A DNA stretch of 64,000 nucleotides from NCBI RefSeq assembly GCF_006345805.1, contig NC_043007.1:60140001-60204000 (forward strand), read 5' to 3'. Below are positions 11,551 to 26,282 of this stretch, piece by piece. This DNA comes from Octopus sinensis. Lineage: Eukaryota. Position 1 is the first letter of the stretch. The number at the start of each line of letters is the position of its first letter. Under the pieces are notes generated by a model. It did not search any database. It was given only the letters and a program-made list of their open reading frames with translations, and was not told where the DNA came from. The position numbers and the translations under genes were made by a program.

Positions 11551-12377
11551 AAATTACTTAATTTTATTTACCGCAACAACTATAATAATAATAATAAGTA
11601 AGAGAAAAATGAAGTAATTATCTAATGACAGTAGCATTTTGTGGTGGTGCGGGGTGGCGTTTTTTTTTGTTTTGTTTTTTTTTTTTTGTTCTGATAAATG
11701 ATTATTTGTTTATTATGACCACCTCCACCCTCAAAGGAATTAGTATCAGAGGGGAAAAGAAAAAATAATTAATTTAAAATGTTAAAATGTGTTTTGTAAA
11801 TTAAGAATGACAGCAATAATTATAAGGGAACCGATTTTTGTATTAGGAGAGAAGGTGGGGGCGAAAAGCACGAAATAAAGAGAGAGAGGAAAAAAAAAAC
11901 AATCACGAATATATTTTTGTTTGAAATAGTAGTGGCAGAAATATAAGTGAAAGCAGGTTTCAATAGTAGTGGAGTTCGCAAAAGCTGTCTTTCAACATAC
12001 ACACGTAAATGTATACAATTATTTATTTGTTCATGCATATATATATATATATATATATATATAGATATATATATACACATATTTATTTATTTACACTCAT
12101 ATGTACATACATAGATACGTTTGGCTCAGTTCATGTAGAATTTATATATATGTTATATGTATATATTGCGTGTACATCTTTATGCGAGTGTACATCTAGT
12201 GAGCGATTTATATATATGTATATACGTTTGTGTAATGTGTTTGTGTGTGCAAATTGTATATCGTATATATGTGTTAATTATATGCCGTACATGTGTCTAC
12301 TATTCACTCTTTTCTAAATATAGGATTTAATTATTGCTGGTATTTAATATGTATATTTTATCTTTGCTTGTTCACAG

Positions 12378-12588
12378 TTTCTCGGCTATTTCGTTATTGT
12401 GTACCTCTTCCGATTCTAACATCACCAAACTTTCTATACATATGTAAACCTCAAGAACAACTGGATTAGCAATTTTTAACCAACAAGTTTGTGGATTATT
12501 TTTTCCGTTTACACTTAAATCCTTATACAACAACTCTGCTGGATGAACAACAGCTAAAACCATATATATAACACACAAAAAACGAAAG
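12378..12588 (+). other. Candidate non-coding (5' UTR) exon
   Basis: Acceptor tttatctttgcttgttcacag| and donor gaaag|gtaata. All three frames contain stops. Confidence 0.4.
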
Positions 12589-13057
12589 GTAATACAATTA
12601 TTACTTCTAATAACGATAACCAATATTTATTCTACGAATATTTATTTATTACATGTGTGTCGTATGTAGAGTATAAAACCTGATGATGTGGCCTTCACAC
12701 CATATCCAGTTGTGTAAGCACTAATATTTAAAGTAGTAGCAATTCGGGATTAATGCCATGTGTGTTGTTCTCTCGATTATTTTACTCAAGACAATTTGTG
12801 TGTGTGTTTTATATATAATGTATGTATATAATATACAGTTCATTGGAGGTTAAAACCTAAGTCGTGACTCGGAGATTTAATTCTCATAAAATATAAACAT
12901 TATCCAACTATTAAGTGCTCTCTTTACCCAATGTTGTTCGTATATATATAATGGGGAAGGCCGGTTTATGGGATTTAATTTTAATATATACTGCTTTACA
13001 TATTAGAATGTGCTACTTTCGGATTTATGTTTATTTTACAAATTATATATATATATA

Positions 13058-13475
13058 GGTGTAAGCGTGGCCGTGTGGTTGTGGAATTTGCTACCCAATC
13101 ACATGGTTTCGGGGGTACAGTCTCACTTCGTGATACCTTGGTTAAGTTCCTCCTATAGTTTCGAGTCGACCAAAGACGGAAACTAAAAGAAAATTGTCAA
13201 ACTGTCATCTATATGTGTGTGTTTGTGTGCGCTCTTGTCTTGATATCGCGTGATAAGATGTATATGAGTATCACTGTCACACACGCAATGTGCGACAGTG
13301 TCATCATTTGCAGTTATTCTACAAAAGCATGTCTAGCCATGGGAATGTATTACCTTCCGTGAAAACAGGTTCGGAATGGAGATATGAAGGGCATCTGTCT
13401 ATAGAAAAAAATTCTGCCCCAGTGAAAGTGAAAACTCTGTCCAACTCATGCAAGCATTGGAAAATGGACGTTTAA
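13058..13475 (+). mobile_element. Degenerate SINE family A head followed by a SINE family B 3' part
   Basis: gcgtggccgtgtggtt...cacatggtttc; later gggcatctgtctatagaaa...catgcaagcattggaaaatggacg. Confidence 0.7.
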
Positions 13476-13948
13476 ATAATTATATATATAACTGATTGGC
13501 CCTAGGTCAGCCTTGATATACAACTCTAAGCATTCCAGCAGGAACTATCTTGTCTTAGCTTTTAAAACAGTGTTTCGAGGACTGCATTATATAAGGTGTC
13601 CTTGGCTTTATATATACATATAAAGTGTGGTTTGAAGGAAATTTGGCTGCTATTTCTAGCTCGTCAATTCATTACACAGTCTCATTCGTTGGCTCTTGTA
13701 TAAAATTACTTATAGGGTATGGTTGGTTGTCGTTTTAATCAACTGTACTTTAGTAATGCTACTTTCATTATTGACTTACTGACGGGATTTGCGATAATTA
13801 ACATTACTCATTTGCCAAGATTCGTGTCCTTTTTTTTTTTTTTTTGTAAGAATAATTTTTGAACTTCATTAAAAAACAAATCAAGGAAAAGCATTATGAC
13901 TATTCCTACGGATAGAATAAAAATACGCGTTTGCGGGCACAACACACA

Positions 13949-14005
<57 letters not shown>

Positions 14006-14378
14006 TTATATTCTTTAAATTAATACATATAGATATATGCGGTGGTGGGAGAGATGTAGGTGTTTAAAATGTGCCTATACGCATAAAAATAGGCATAAAC
14101 AAAATGTAATATGTATGTATATTTATGTGTGTGTGTGGATCATCGTGTAAGACATACATAGAACTGGATATCAATATGGTTATACATGTAGATAGAAAGA
14201 TAGGGGTTGTTTAATTCATAACCATGAGTAAGACAATACATTTTGTTTTGCCTGAAGGCCTCTTTATAGTGTCCTGGCTTTGATCGTGTAAATTTGTCAC
14301 CTCCCAAAATATGTGTATATAGATAGATCGATAGATATGTAGGTATGTAAGTATAACTGTATTTAATATACATATATA

Positions 14379-14730
14379 GGCGCAGGAATGGCTGTATGGT
14401 GAGAAGCCTGCTTCCCAACAACATGGTTCCGGGTTCAGTCCCACTGCGTGGCAAGTGTCTTCTATAGCCTCAGACCAACCAAAGCCTTGTAAGTGGATTT
14501 CGTTGACGGATACTGAAAGAAGCCCGTCGTATGTGTGTGAGTGTCTGTGTTTGTACCCCCCTCCATCACTTAACCGATGTTGGTATGTTTACGTCCCCGT
14601 AACATATCGGTTCAGCGAGAGAGACCGATAGAATACTAAGCTTACAAAGAATATGTCTGGGGTCGATTTGTTCGACTAAAGGCGGTGCTCCAGCATGGCC
14701 ATAATCAAATGACAAACCAGTAAAAGAATA
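14379..14730 (+). mobile_element. SINE family A, near full length, CpG intact
   Basis: ggcgcaggaatggctgtatggtgagaag...ggttcagtccc...gaagcccgtcgta...ggcggtgctccagcatggcc. Confidence 0.9.
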
Positions 14731-15915
14731 TAGATGCAGAAATATGTGTATATACCTACAGACACATGTTTATATCTAGATGCATGTATAGTTTTATTTT
14801 ACAGATTTGATGTTTTAGTAAAGAAGTCCTGCTTTCGTTAAATCATAGCTAATTCCTCTGCAAAATATTTTGTTTCAGAAGAGTTATTTATGAATTAGCA
14901 AAAGATACGTTTCTCTGCTCAGACATTAAATTCTATAAAACAAAGCCAGTTGCTTTACAGATATATTTAATTTGTATAGAATGCCCTTCAGATTTCTGGT
15001 CCCCACCCCAAATATATATATAAGCAGGTATGGTTTGGCACATCTGTGACTGTTGTTAAGCTGTTCGCTTCTAACTACATAGCTTCAGGTACTGTAAGAG
15101 TCATTATTATAGATCTGACTGACCAAAAACTTGCATGCAAATTTGGTAGATAGAAACTAAAAAATTGTTGTGCGTGTATATACACACACACACACACACA
15201 CACACATGTCTTCCTGCTTGGTATCATGTGTTAATTATATAAAAGTACCATCCTCAAGTAAGCAATGTTCCTTTATTATCTTCTATGTCCAGGCTTGGGG
15301 AAATATTACCATGCATGAGAACAAGTGAGGATTTCCAACAAGAATAGTATTTCGTCCCTACAAAATCTACCTTGATGAATTTTGTCAAACCCGTTCAAAT
15401 ATGGGGACCCAAGAGTGAGTGTGCTAACATGTAGTAAAGTACAGGAAGCAAGTACAACAGGGTGGAGTTAGTATGTTGATAGGTAAAAAGGATGGGCCTG
15501 TGCAGCCTCTCATGTAGGCCTAGGGTCAGACTAATGGAAAACAGATGGTATATATATATGAAACATATGTGCCCATGTGTGTATATACATACTTGAATAT
15601 CTTTCACATATTCATCTCTAGCCACCTGTCACTCTCCTCTCACTCTCTTGCATATATAAAATCAAATAAATTAGATGTTGTGGTTAGAATTTTCACCCAT
15701 AATTGAATGTTCATTTATTCAAACAACTAAACTCTCAGGTTCATTAGATTAATATATGTGGATGAATATTCATCAGGTGTGTACCCTAAACGTAATTCTC
15801 AGGCAGAATCAGCATGACAATATGTGACAGGGCTGAAACTTTTGAGTTACATCTTTAGTGTAACTGTAGCAGCCCATCAAATAGATTATGTATGTGTGTG
15901 TGAGTATATATGTAC

Positions 15916-15949
<34 letters not shown>

Positions 15950-16019
15950 TAACGTGTGTGTAGCTATGTATGTATATCTCAAAACCTTGCAAATAGTCAC
16001 TTCCCTCTCTACTATATTC

Positions 16020-16237
16020 CTATTCAGTCAGCTGTATCTTGGCTTTGTCAGTGGCATGACAACCTCACCAATGCTGGTGCCACAGAAAAAGCACCTAGTA
16101 CATTCTGTGAAGTGGTTCAGATTGGGGAGGATATCCAGCTATAGAAACCGTGCTAAATCAGATGTTCAAGCCTAAAGTTGTCCTTATTGGACCCTATCAA
16201 ACTTCCCAAGTTGTGTCAGCATGGAAGATGGACATTA
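16020..16237 (+). mobile_element. SINE family B fragment
   Basis: gtgccacagaaaaagcacc...gatatccagctatagaaacc...cagcatggaagatggacatt. Related copies are at about 15230-15400, 18530-18715, 37100-37310 and 49480-49900. Confidence 0.7.
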
Positions 16238-16241
16238 TTAA

Positions 16242-16414
16242 CCCTTTAGCATTTAAACTAGCCAGATCCAGCCTCTCACACTATCCTACAATGTTACTGT
16301 AAAATTAAACAGGCACATCTTTGAAGTGTTGAAGCTACAAGGTAATGCATGGTTAATTCAAAACAATGTGAATAAATAAGCATTACATCTGACTGTAATC
16401 TCAATGATAAAGGG
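16242..16414. mobile_element. piggyBac-type MITE family P1
   Basis: TTAA|CCCTTTAGCATT ... AATGATAAAGGG|TCAA. Confidence 0.75.
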
Positions 16415-16443
16415 TCAAGTATAATGATGATAATATATACATA

Positions 16444-16446
16444 ATG

Positions 16447-16479
<33 letters not shown>

Positions 16480-16614
16480 TACATATCTATTTATATATAT
16501 ATATATATATATCTATACACACATACATATCTATTTATATATATATTATATATATATATAACACACACACATACATATCTATTTATATACATATATATAC
16601 ACACATACATATCT

Positions 16615-16650
<36 letters not shown>

Positions 16651-16663
16651 TACATATCTATTC

Positions 16664-16697
<34 letters not shown>

Positions 16698-16707
16698 ATA
16701 TCTATTC

Positions 16708-16744
<37 letters not shown>

Positions 16745-16787
16745 TACATATTTATTCATATATATATATATATATATATATATACAC

Positions 16788-16812
<25 letters not shown>
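16444..16812. repeat. Compound higher-order microsatellite (TA)n-cacacacatacatatctatt(t/c)
   Basis: The spacer motif cacacatacatat(c/t)tatt recurs about 7-8 times between (TA)n runs. Confidence 0.9.
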
Positions 16813-16819
<7 letters not shown>

Positions 16820-17559
16820 CAAACATTTTATTAAAAATAGTTATGTTCAAGTTGTTACATTTTTAATTAATGCTTTTTCATATTTCTGTGAAAGTTTCTT
16901 GCAGTCTGTTTAGAACAGTAAAATTCCTAGATCCATAACTAACATTTCTATACTTTCACAGTCTCATCATCAGGATATAAAATATACTTAGCTCTGTATT
17001 TATTGCCTCTTTTATTGTAGTGAAATTTATGTAGAATTTACTGTCAAGAATTTTGAGTATTAAGTTTCCACATCAGCAATCACATGTTAATTTTGTTTTA
17101 TTATAGTCAAATTATGGAGGGTTACTGCCCCAATTTTTCTAACATAAAGCTTCTAAGTAAGCAGTCACATATTAAATTTTTTGATGTGAGTACTGCTTGT
17201 GTGTTTTAGTGATGTGTTGCTAATATATGTATGTATATATAATCATTCTTTTAAAGCCCACTTTTCTGTGTGTACATATATATTAATGCTTTTTTGTTAT
17301 TGAGTTATAATAAAAACAGTTTAACATTAAATTGATGGAATACTCAATACTTTTTTTTAGAGTACTTTTTATACATTTAGAAGAATAGTAGTGACAGTGA
17401 CTTCAAAGTTTGGCCTCCTAGCCTTCCTCTTTTAACTAAATCATCTTCCCATCATCATGACAACCTTTCCAAGTAGACCTTTCTGGTTTCTTGGATACCA
17501 TTCAGCAACTGCTTGAGTCCACCTGCTCTCTGTGAACCAGTGGAACCTGTGCTTTTGAT

Positions 17560-17810
17560 ATTGTGTGATCACACATATGTGAAAGTGTGCATGTTCATAG
17601 TAGAAATGTGCTGAGAGAAAAACTGGTCATAAGAGGAGTCAGATGTGATGTATATGGCCATATAAAGAAGTGCTGATCACTTACTGTGAATAGATCTTGC
17701 TGGAGAGGAAGACCCAGAATACATGGGATGAAAGGCTGATCTCAGGATCTTGAAACTCATGGAGGAGATGACAAGGGACCACACTGACTTGTGATATTTG
17801 ATTCCCAATA
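17560..17810 (+). mobile_element. RTE/RTE-X LINE 3' end relic
   Basis: Degenerate ...YGH...GRPR..W..(V)..DL pattern (gtatatggccat...ggaagacccagaatacatgggatgaa). Confidence 0.6.
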
Positions 17811-17855
17811 AGAAACTCCCAACTCCAAGAAACTAGGGTTCAGAAGCACTGTTCA

Positions 17856-17892
<37 letters not shown>

Positions 17893-18769
17893 GCACAACT
17901 AGACCCTTAACTCAAATTTCCTCACTGAGACACTTCCACCACCCTTCATACCTCTAACTGCAGCCTTTCCTTGATACTGCTAACTTTTCTCACTGTCTGA
18001 AATCATTTTACTTGATATCCATCTCTAATCCTTCCTTAAAACTGTCCTCTCCACCCTCATTTTGCATTACCCACCCCACCAAGTCCATTACTATTCTGCT
18101 GCTCACCCTGTTAGTGGTCGCCACAAACCCTTATCCACCGTTTACTACATCAATTCCTCAACCTTACTCAATCTCTGCAGTTGTCACCTACTCTTCTCTA
18201 CCTCCCCTACTCAATATTTATTGTTCATTCATTATATCCACTGCCTCACCCATCCCTCATCTCTTTGTTCAATCCACCTTTGCAACTGTCAACCACCACA
18301 TTTCTGGTTCCTCTGCCCCGTTCACTTCTACTCACTTTGTACATTGAGGATCCACACAAATGCTTCAACTAAATTTTACAATTTTACCCACTCCACCCCA
18401 CCCTCCTGATCTATTCTAAAATAATAGTAGCTCTATGGCCTTCTTTGTAGCAAGAAACTTGTTCTGCTTTGACCCTCTTCTTTCATACTTTACACCTTAT
18501 CTCCTAACAAATAAACTCTTCTCTCAGGAAACAGTCTTGCAAGTGCTGGTGGTGCAAAAAAGACACCAGGTGCATGTGTTGTAAAGTGGTTAGTGTTATG
18601 AGGGGCATCCAGCCATCATAGGTAAAGGGACATAATGCAGTTCTTGGACCCCTCAGATCATATCAGATCTTCCAAACCATGCCAGCATGGAACAGACATT
18701 TAATGATTATGATGATATGCAAGTGTGTGTGTTTGCATATATATATATGTTGTGTTTATACGTATGTAT

Positions 18770-21330
18770 CATACTGACAACCCTCATTTATGGTTATCAC
18801 AAATTACAGAATTTCAGTCACAGAAATTATAATATATGGCCACTTACTTTGGGATGCAGTTTGTAATTTCACTCTTGTGGGAACTCATATGAAACCATAC
18901 TTTCTTCTTAGCCAAAAATTTGTTTCTTGGCATTTTAGGTGAGATCAAAGTAGTAAACAATTTGAAAAACTATAATCATAATATATGCATGTATGTGCAT
19001 GTATATAAATATCACTATCCACACCACATTTAAACAACAATATAATTAACAAGAACAATATGACCATTGCTACCATCAACAAAATCCCTACCAAAACCAG
19101 TACAATCCACCACTACTGACCCACCGAATTTTTAATAAGCAACTTGAAACAACAATAATAGTATCAGCATTATAGCAATGTCTGTAGCTACATATTTTGT
19201 ATGTGAAACAACAGTATGAAAGAGAGAGACAGCTTGTGTGGTTGGCTTTTGTGGCTAAAGTCAGAAGTGCAAGTGGTGTAGTATCATGTACCTGATGACC
19301 CTTCAACTATAATCTTACAGTATTTCCTCTCACGTCAATCCTTCACCCTTTTATCTTCTCATTTAAATCCTTACATAAGACAACATATTTTGCTGTTACA
19401 CATAGTTCTTTCTTTGTGCTATTTATTACTGCATATTTGTTGTGGATAATTGATTATCACTTTGGCTGTTAAATTTACCTGCAATTCAAGGTGTTTGGAA
19501 AGAAGCCATCAGGCGGAACTGAAGCTAAAAGTGTAAAAAGAAACAGTAAAGGATTACATTGGATATTAAACTTGCAGTTTTAAAAGAGGTTTGATGTAGG
19601 AGAAAAAATGTCAACTAGATTGCAAAAGCTTTAAAGCTTTACAACATTCACAGTTTGAACAATACATGAGAATGAAAAGAAAATTAGGTCAAGTAGAAGC
19701 TGCTTCTTTTACTACTTATTTTTTCATAGATCTAATATCATACTTAAATGGAACAGTTCCTGGCTGTATAGATCAAGGATCTCTTACCAATAGTCATAAT
19801 GGTGATTTAAAGAAAAACAAAACAATAGTCTTTATGACAATTTGCAGTAAATATTAGGTAAAACTTCTAATGTAAAACCATTTTTTTTTTGCTTGTAAAG
19901 GTTTGCTTTAAAGGTTTAAGAAGTACTTGAATTTGTACAACACAAAAATGATTGATAAAACAGTTGCTGCTGATACAAAGGCTGCTACTAATTATCCTTA
20001 GCAGCAGAAGAGAGCTACATACCAGAGCAAATATACAATGCACTTTTCTGGAAAGGCATTACCTGCTAGAATTTCTGTTTCTTGAAGAAGAAAAAACTAA
20101 CACCAAAAATCATCCGGTGCTTCTTCTGGGAGGAAATGCTGCTGGTGATACAAAATTAAATCCTCTATTTAAGTATTACTTTGAAAATCTAAGGGCTTTC
20201 GAGAATTGTGTAAAGTTTAATCTCCCTTTTTCTGTTCAAATAAGGAAGTATATATAGCTAAATGCCTTTCTGGAGGGTGGTTTACAATTATTTTTTGATC
20301 TGCTATAAGAAGGTATAATGTCACACAATGCCACACATATTTCCAACAAAGCATTACTCCTTTTAACAAATGTACCAAGCTACACAGTGAACTTTAATGA
20401 GTTTTCCAATAATGTGAGGATAGAATGCTTCCTCATGAATACTTATTTGCACCAGCAAATGGATCAAGATGTGACACCTCATTTCAATGCATATTAGCAG
20501 AGAACTTTCTAATAACTTATGAAAGCAGTTAAATGGGAGAATAAAGCTACTGTAAGAAACTTTTGGAGGAAGTTCAACTCAGTGGATGCTATGGACAGCA
20601 TTGCTGAATCATGGGAGGAAGTGAAACCCTAAACTTAAAATGGTGCTTGGAAAATATATGACCAGACTGTATATGTGGCTTTACAAGCTTTCCATACACA
20701 TAATGTCTACATCAGATTTGGAAAAAAAAAAGATATTGTAATACTTGCAAATGAGGATGGATTTAAAGAAGTCATTGAGGATGATATGGTTTAGTTGCTA
20801 GTGTCCCATAGACAAAGCAAGTTGAGAATAAGGAAATTCCACCAACTCCACTGAAATTAACTGCAAAGAATATTGCCAAGGAGTTGGCATTTATAGGTCT
20901 GCAAGTTTTTTCTCAATTATCCTAGTCATGAACATAGCAAAAATTACACGGAATTTACAATAAGCTTCTTTCTATCACTGTGTGGTAAAAAGAGATGATA
21001 TACCATAAACAGTAGTTTTAGATAAGTTGATGATGAAGTATTAGTAGATAGTGTCCCTCATCCTCCCAGTAGCCCTCACACAAACATTTTTTGTAGTAAA
21101 AATATAACCTATTACAATATTACATTCTTATTTATCTTCAACTGTTTTCATGTATACATATTGTACTATGTTTAGAAATTGTTTACATGCATCAAAGTGG
21201 TTGTGTTCCTTGTATTTTTTGGTGGTGGTTATTTTTTCCAAAACACAAAAATTGATAAGAATACATTATCATTTTATTATACGGAAATGAATGGGGAAAA
21301 TTAATTCCACATTACATCAAACTCTTCCTC
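18770..21330 (+). mobile_element. Decayed Tigger/pogo (CENP-B/DDE_1) transposon
   Basis: HTH relic at about 19530-19680, VLLLGGNAAGDTKLNPLFKYYFENLRAF (20075-20200), KALLLLTNVP, QQMDQDV and VRNFWRKFNSVDAMDSIAESWEEVK. The ends are approximate. Confidence 0.85.
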
Positions 21331-21357
21331 ATATATATATATATATATACACACACT

Positions 21358-21610
21358 CTTTACTCTTGTTTCAGTCATTTGACTGTGACCATGCTGGAGC
21401 ACCGCCTTTAGTCGAGCAAATCGACCCTAGGACTTATTCTTTGTAAGCCTAGTACTTATTCTGTCGGTCTCTTGCCGAACTGCTAAGTTACGGGGACGTA
21501 AACATACCAGCATCCATTGTCAAGCGTTGTTGAGGGGGACAAACACAGACACAAACATATACACACACATATATATATGACGGGCTCTTTCAGTTTCTGT
21601 CTACCAAATA
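21358..21610 (-). mobile_element. SINE family A, 3' half
   Basis: Reverse complement of the family 3' motif, catgctggagcaccgcctttagtcgagcaaatcgacc. Confidence 0.88.
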
Positions 21611-22069
21611 CACATGCGAAATGAAAAAGAACATCTCATAACCACTATTGGTGTAATTATCAATATTTCCATACCCCTGCTCTCTCTCTCTCTCTGTTAA
21701 GTTATGATGATACTGGATAATACTTCTCTCATTTTCATTTTTACCTTGATGCTTGTGCATCTGGTGCCTCAGATAAAAACTGAAGTATTTTTAAAGTATA
21801 TCCACATCTTTGCTTTGTATATCTTTGTATTTTAGTGGGCTATTTAAAATGTCTTCTCTTAAACCTTAACTTTTCTTTACTTTAAATGGAAATTGGCATT
21901 CAGTCCATATGGCTTTCAATCCCCAAGTTAGTTGCTAGACCCTTCAAGAGCTTCCTACTATATATATCGCTGCATATCTTTTATATCTTTGCTCTGGGAA
22001 TTAGAGCTTCAGTTCTTCTATTGCACTGGGACAGTCTTGTAACAGCATTCAATTTCATGAAACTCTGCT

Positions 22070-23900
22070 GTTAGTTTAACGCTATGTTGTCTATAATTAA
22101 GAGCAGAAGCAACCAATGTTTTCTACTGGACCAACATAGTTTTCTTCTTTTGTTCTGAATTATCTCAAAATCCAGCCAACCAGTTGCCCACACGTTTCCA
22201 TTTTACAAATATGTACTCAGTATAACACTATTATTCATGTGGATACCCAGATCACACACTGATGGTAATTCCAGGATTGCAAAACCTGTGGTCTTGTGTA
22301 TTCAGATTGCAATCTGTGGACTGATGGCAGAACACTTAAAGAATTTTGAACTGCATGTTGTTTTCTTCAACTCTCTATAAATTGGATTCAGGTCTGTCTA
22401 ACATTACGTTATCAGGGTGCTGAGAGACTCTGCAATGAATTGATAATTCCCCAGGGACAGTCACTCACCAAATTTTCCAACTATGGCAAGGTCATGTAGC
22501 TTGTGACATATCAACTTTATTAAAGGCTATGGCAGACTCAAAATATTGATTGTGCTGCTGTCTTTCTTACCATTCATAAGGCTATAGTGAGCTGTGTTAG
22601 GCTAATTTGTGCATGGAAGCCGTACTGCATGTTTAAGCCATTTTCTTTGTGATCAGCTCCTTTCTGACAATGTGTTCCATGACTTTGTTGATGTATGAGA
22701 TCAGAAAGATAGTTCCATGACTTCTAACATGTTCTACTTCCTTCATTTATGGATAGGGCACATACCATTCTTTAACTTCTTGAGATTCTGTGCTACATCC
22801 AAGACAGCTTTGAAACAGCATATGCTATTGCTTTGCTAGAGCCTTCTTATGTCTTTAAAAGAATTGATGGCAAAGCATTAGGGTCTGTTGCTAAGTTCAA
22901 GTTTATCTCATCATTAGCAAATATTACATACTCCTCTTTTATGTTACACAATCAATGGATTCCTCTTCACTGTGTAGAGCTGCAGTTTTGAAGAACTATT
23001 CAGGCTTGTTTAGCTGCATATCTTTACAATTTAGAGTTGTTTTTGTATTTAACTTATTCTTTCGAGGTCTTCAGTTAATTTTCTTCAGTGGTACTCTCCT
23101 GCAAAGCTCTAGAGCAGATTTTTTTTTGTGCAAGGGCTTGGGGTTTTCTTATATATTTCCGCTATCTTGTTTGTTTGTTTTTCTTCCTCCTTTCTTTTTC
23201 ATAGGAGAGCCTGATTTTCTCTTTGATTTCTAAAAATACTTTTTTGGAAGTGCAACTCCGAACCCTTAAATTAAATGATTTGGAATCTTTATTCTTTCTC
23301 ATAAGGATTATCTTGTCTCTGAAAATAATGTTTTTGTGTGTATTGGTTCTTTGGGATAAATTTAATGAATATGGCATGTATTGACTTACACAGGAAAACT
23401 TTTAGGATCTCTTATTGAACTAATTTTCAATCAGCTTTGTACAAGTTTATGCTGGACAGGGTTCAGGTGTTTCCTGTGTGATATACATCTTCAATTTAAT
23501 TTGGGCCATACATTGTTAGTTTAAGTTATATGAGAAAATCATTTTGTGGACAACTTCCATGTTATTAGTAAAGCAATGATTCAAGATGTTGTTGCTCTTG
23601 GTCAGGCACAACATTGTCTCCCTTGAGCATCAATTTAGTGTGATCAAGTTGTATTTTTGCTTGATTTTGCTCTTGGCATGACATTCCTGAGATTACATCA
23701 CCTTTAAGCCATTTGATGTAGGAGTAAATTGAAACCACACCACAGATGTGTTGATTTAGTTTCGTTAGTACCTTTTTTATCATTCGAATGTTTTCCTTAA
23801 ATTTACCTTTATGATTTAAGGAGTCCTTGAATGATGTAATATACATATTATCACATCAATTTGCTTTATGTGTACTATTATTTGTGAGTCACAGACCATT
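22070..23900 (-). mobile_element. Highly decayed CR1/L2-group LINE
   Basis: Minus-strand relics KVMEHIVRKELI...QYGF, AFNKVD, IFAND (RT C motif) and GWILR*FRTKEEKTML. Confidence 0.75.
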
Positions 23901-23999
23901 TGAATATGATAGCAAGATTAATGACATGACATCTTTGTGGTTGTACATAGCGACTCCACCATTATTTCTTTTTTCCTCATTCTTTCGTCCCCGTATCTC

Positions 24000-26239
24000 C
24001 GCATCAACTGTGTATATATCTATAGACATGTAGTATATGTGTGTATATGTATATTTATGTGGTTACTGATATGTATATGTGTGTGTTATATATATATAAG
24101 ATCCTATGGGATCCAGCCACAAACTTATGGGTGGAATGATGTTTCTTATTAGCAAACCTTAAACTGTCACTACTGCATAGTACCAAAAGTTCCACCGTCC
24201 CTCTGCTGTAAAGCTTCAGTTTCAATGAATAGCCCACATTTTTCTACATTAACGGAAAGTTTTAAAGATCTGCTGTGATAGTTGTGGACATTTTCAAGAG
24301 ACACGTCTTAGATGCCAGATGGACCTGTGACATGGCATGAAACCGAAATGAGGGTGGCAATGTTCCCCACTCTCAGAGAAATGAAAAGAATTAAAAATCA
24401 CTCCCGTGGTTGTGCTCCATCAAGCCACGACCCCTAGCTAGAACAGGTAAAAGTAATGTGTGTTTGTCTTTCATTCCTCCGGGGTCGATGGTTCGACTGG
24501 CCCCCTCCTCTTAAGATTGCTGGCCTTGTATCAAAATTTGAAACCATTATTATTACTGTCATCATCATCATCATCTCTCTCTACTTACAAGACTGATGTT
24601 ATTTATCCCTCGTTTACTTTTAATATTTTTTCTCATTCCCACGTATTTGGCTGTTGTCTATTCTGTCATGTCTATAAATGTAATAAAGAATGTCTCGCAG
24701 ATTGCCCATACTATAATTAAGAAATAGAGCTCACTAATCGCTCATAATAATAATAAGTAAGGAATATCTCACACATCGCACATAATAAATAAGAAATATC
24801 GCTCACACACCGCACACATATAATAATAATAAGTAAATGGAGAACGCGATGAGGATGGTAAGAGGAAAGCAGCTCTGATCCGGGTGAGTAATGGGATATG
24901 GTAGAAATATGGCTGCCACTGGTTGTTGTGTGTGCCATTATGTCTATATCTACTATACTCTTACAGATAAATTATATTTTCTATACAAAGCAGATTATAT
25001 ATGTATATGTGTGTGTGTGTATATATATATATTGCATCGAGTCAATATGTCGTCTACGCTGGTGCCCACTTTGCTAGAAATAGAAACCAAAATCTGCCTG
25101 ATATTACAAAGTCTATCGCCCTAAAAAGGAAAGAAAATGACGTTAGATAATGTGCTCTGGAATACCGTCTGCTTCAGGAGAATAAAAATGTAGGATGGTC
25201 ACGGTTGAAAGGCCATTCGTCATGCATCTTGCTCATGACCTGGTGTTAAAACAGCAACCTAGTTTCCGATCTATCTATCCATACACTCGCGCGCGCGCAC
25301 GCACACACAAACACACACACACACGTATGTATATAATGCGCGCATCTGTGTTCTTTTGTCTCTTAATTATTTTTAGAAATGTCTATGTACCAATTCCTTC
25401 TCTGTCTCTTTCTAATTTTATTGAAGGTCTTGTTTACCACCATTATTTTTTTTTACATATCTCTCCATCCCTCCCTCTCTCTTTCTGCCTCTCTCCAGTT
25501 ATTGTTTCCTCTCACAATCCTCTCTCTCTCTCTCTCCATGCTCATAACTTTTCTTCTGCCTTTCCTTTAAATCTTCTCATTATTTCACCAATCTTCCGGC
25601 TAACGACGATCCACCGATTCTACAAGTTAGTAATAGAGATGTATATAAATCATGTCTGTTGTATAAACGTGTGTGTATTTGTGTCAATACCAATATATAC
25701 ATATGTGTGTGAATATATATATATTTGTGTGCTCGTATATATATTTATGTATGTATGTGGAGGTGTTAGCCCGCCTTTCCAAACTAATAATAATATTCCA
25801 TGTCTCATATAAATGTCTGAAGAATCAGCCGATTACACTTGAATGTTTTTTTTTTATTATTTTACCCCATTTTCCGTCTCCTATTCCTTTAATTAAACCA
25901 AGTGATTTTAAATTATATCCCCAACGTCTGGGAACTAGATGGACGTAACTATCATTTCTTTGGTGTTTTCGCCCAAGCAAATTGTCAGCCCGTGTTTTCT
26001 TTCCCCAAATTTATTTTAATATTTCTGACAGCTCTCTGCTCGTTCGTCAATTCTTCTTTCTCTCCACAATAATGATATTCCAGTGAATTAAGAGGCAAAG
26101 TTGTGTAGGTGTTCAGTTGAAGAGTTTTATACCTATTGCTTCCGCAACAACACAGATTTTAGAATCTTTTTAGCTGCTTCATTACAATGTTGATACACAG
26201 GGCTTAATAGGGACTTTCGGCCCTATTTCAATAGGGCTT

Positions 26240-26282
<43 letters not shown>

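Noticed and set aside
14379-14450. tRNA-like A/B boxes in SINE heads
   Set aside because: No cloverleaf can be formed; these are SINE Pol III promoters, not tRNA genes.
25195-25812. 205-aa ORF
   Set aside because: It runs through (CA)n, (TC)n and (TA/TG)n tracts and has low-complexity composition with no domain.
26206-26230. Hairpin aataggg...ccctatt resembling a terminator or histone stem-loop
   Set aside because: It does not fit the histone stem-loop consensus, there is no adjacent CDS, and the context is eukaryotic.
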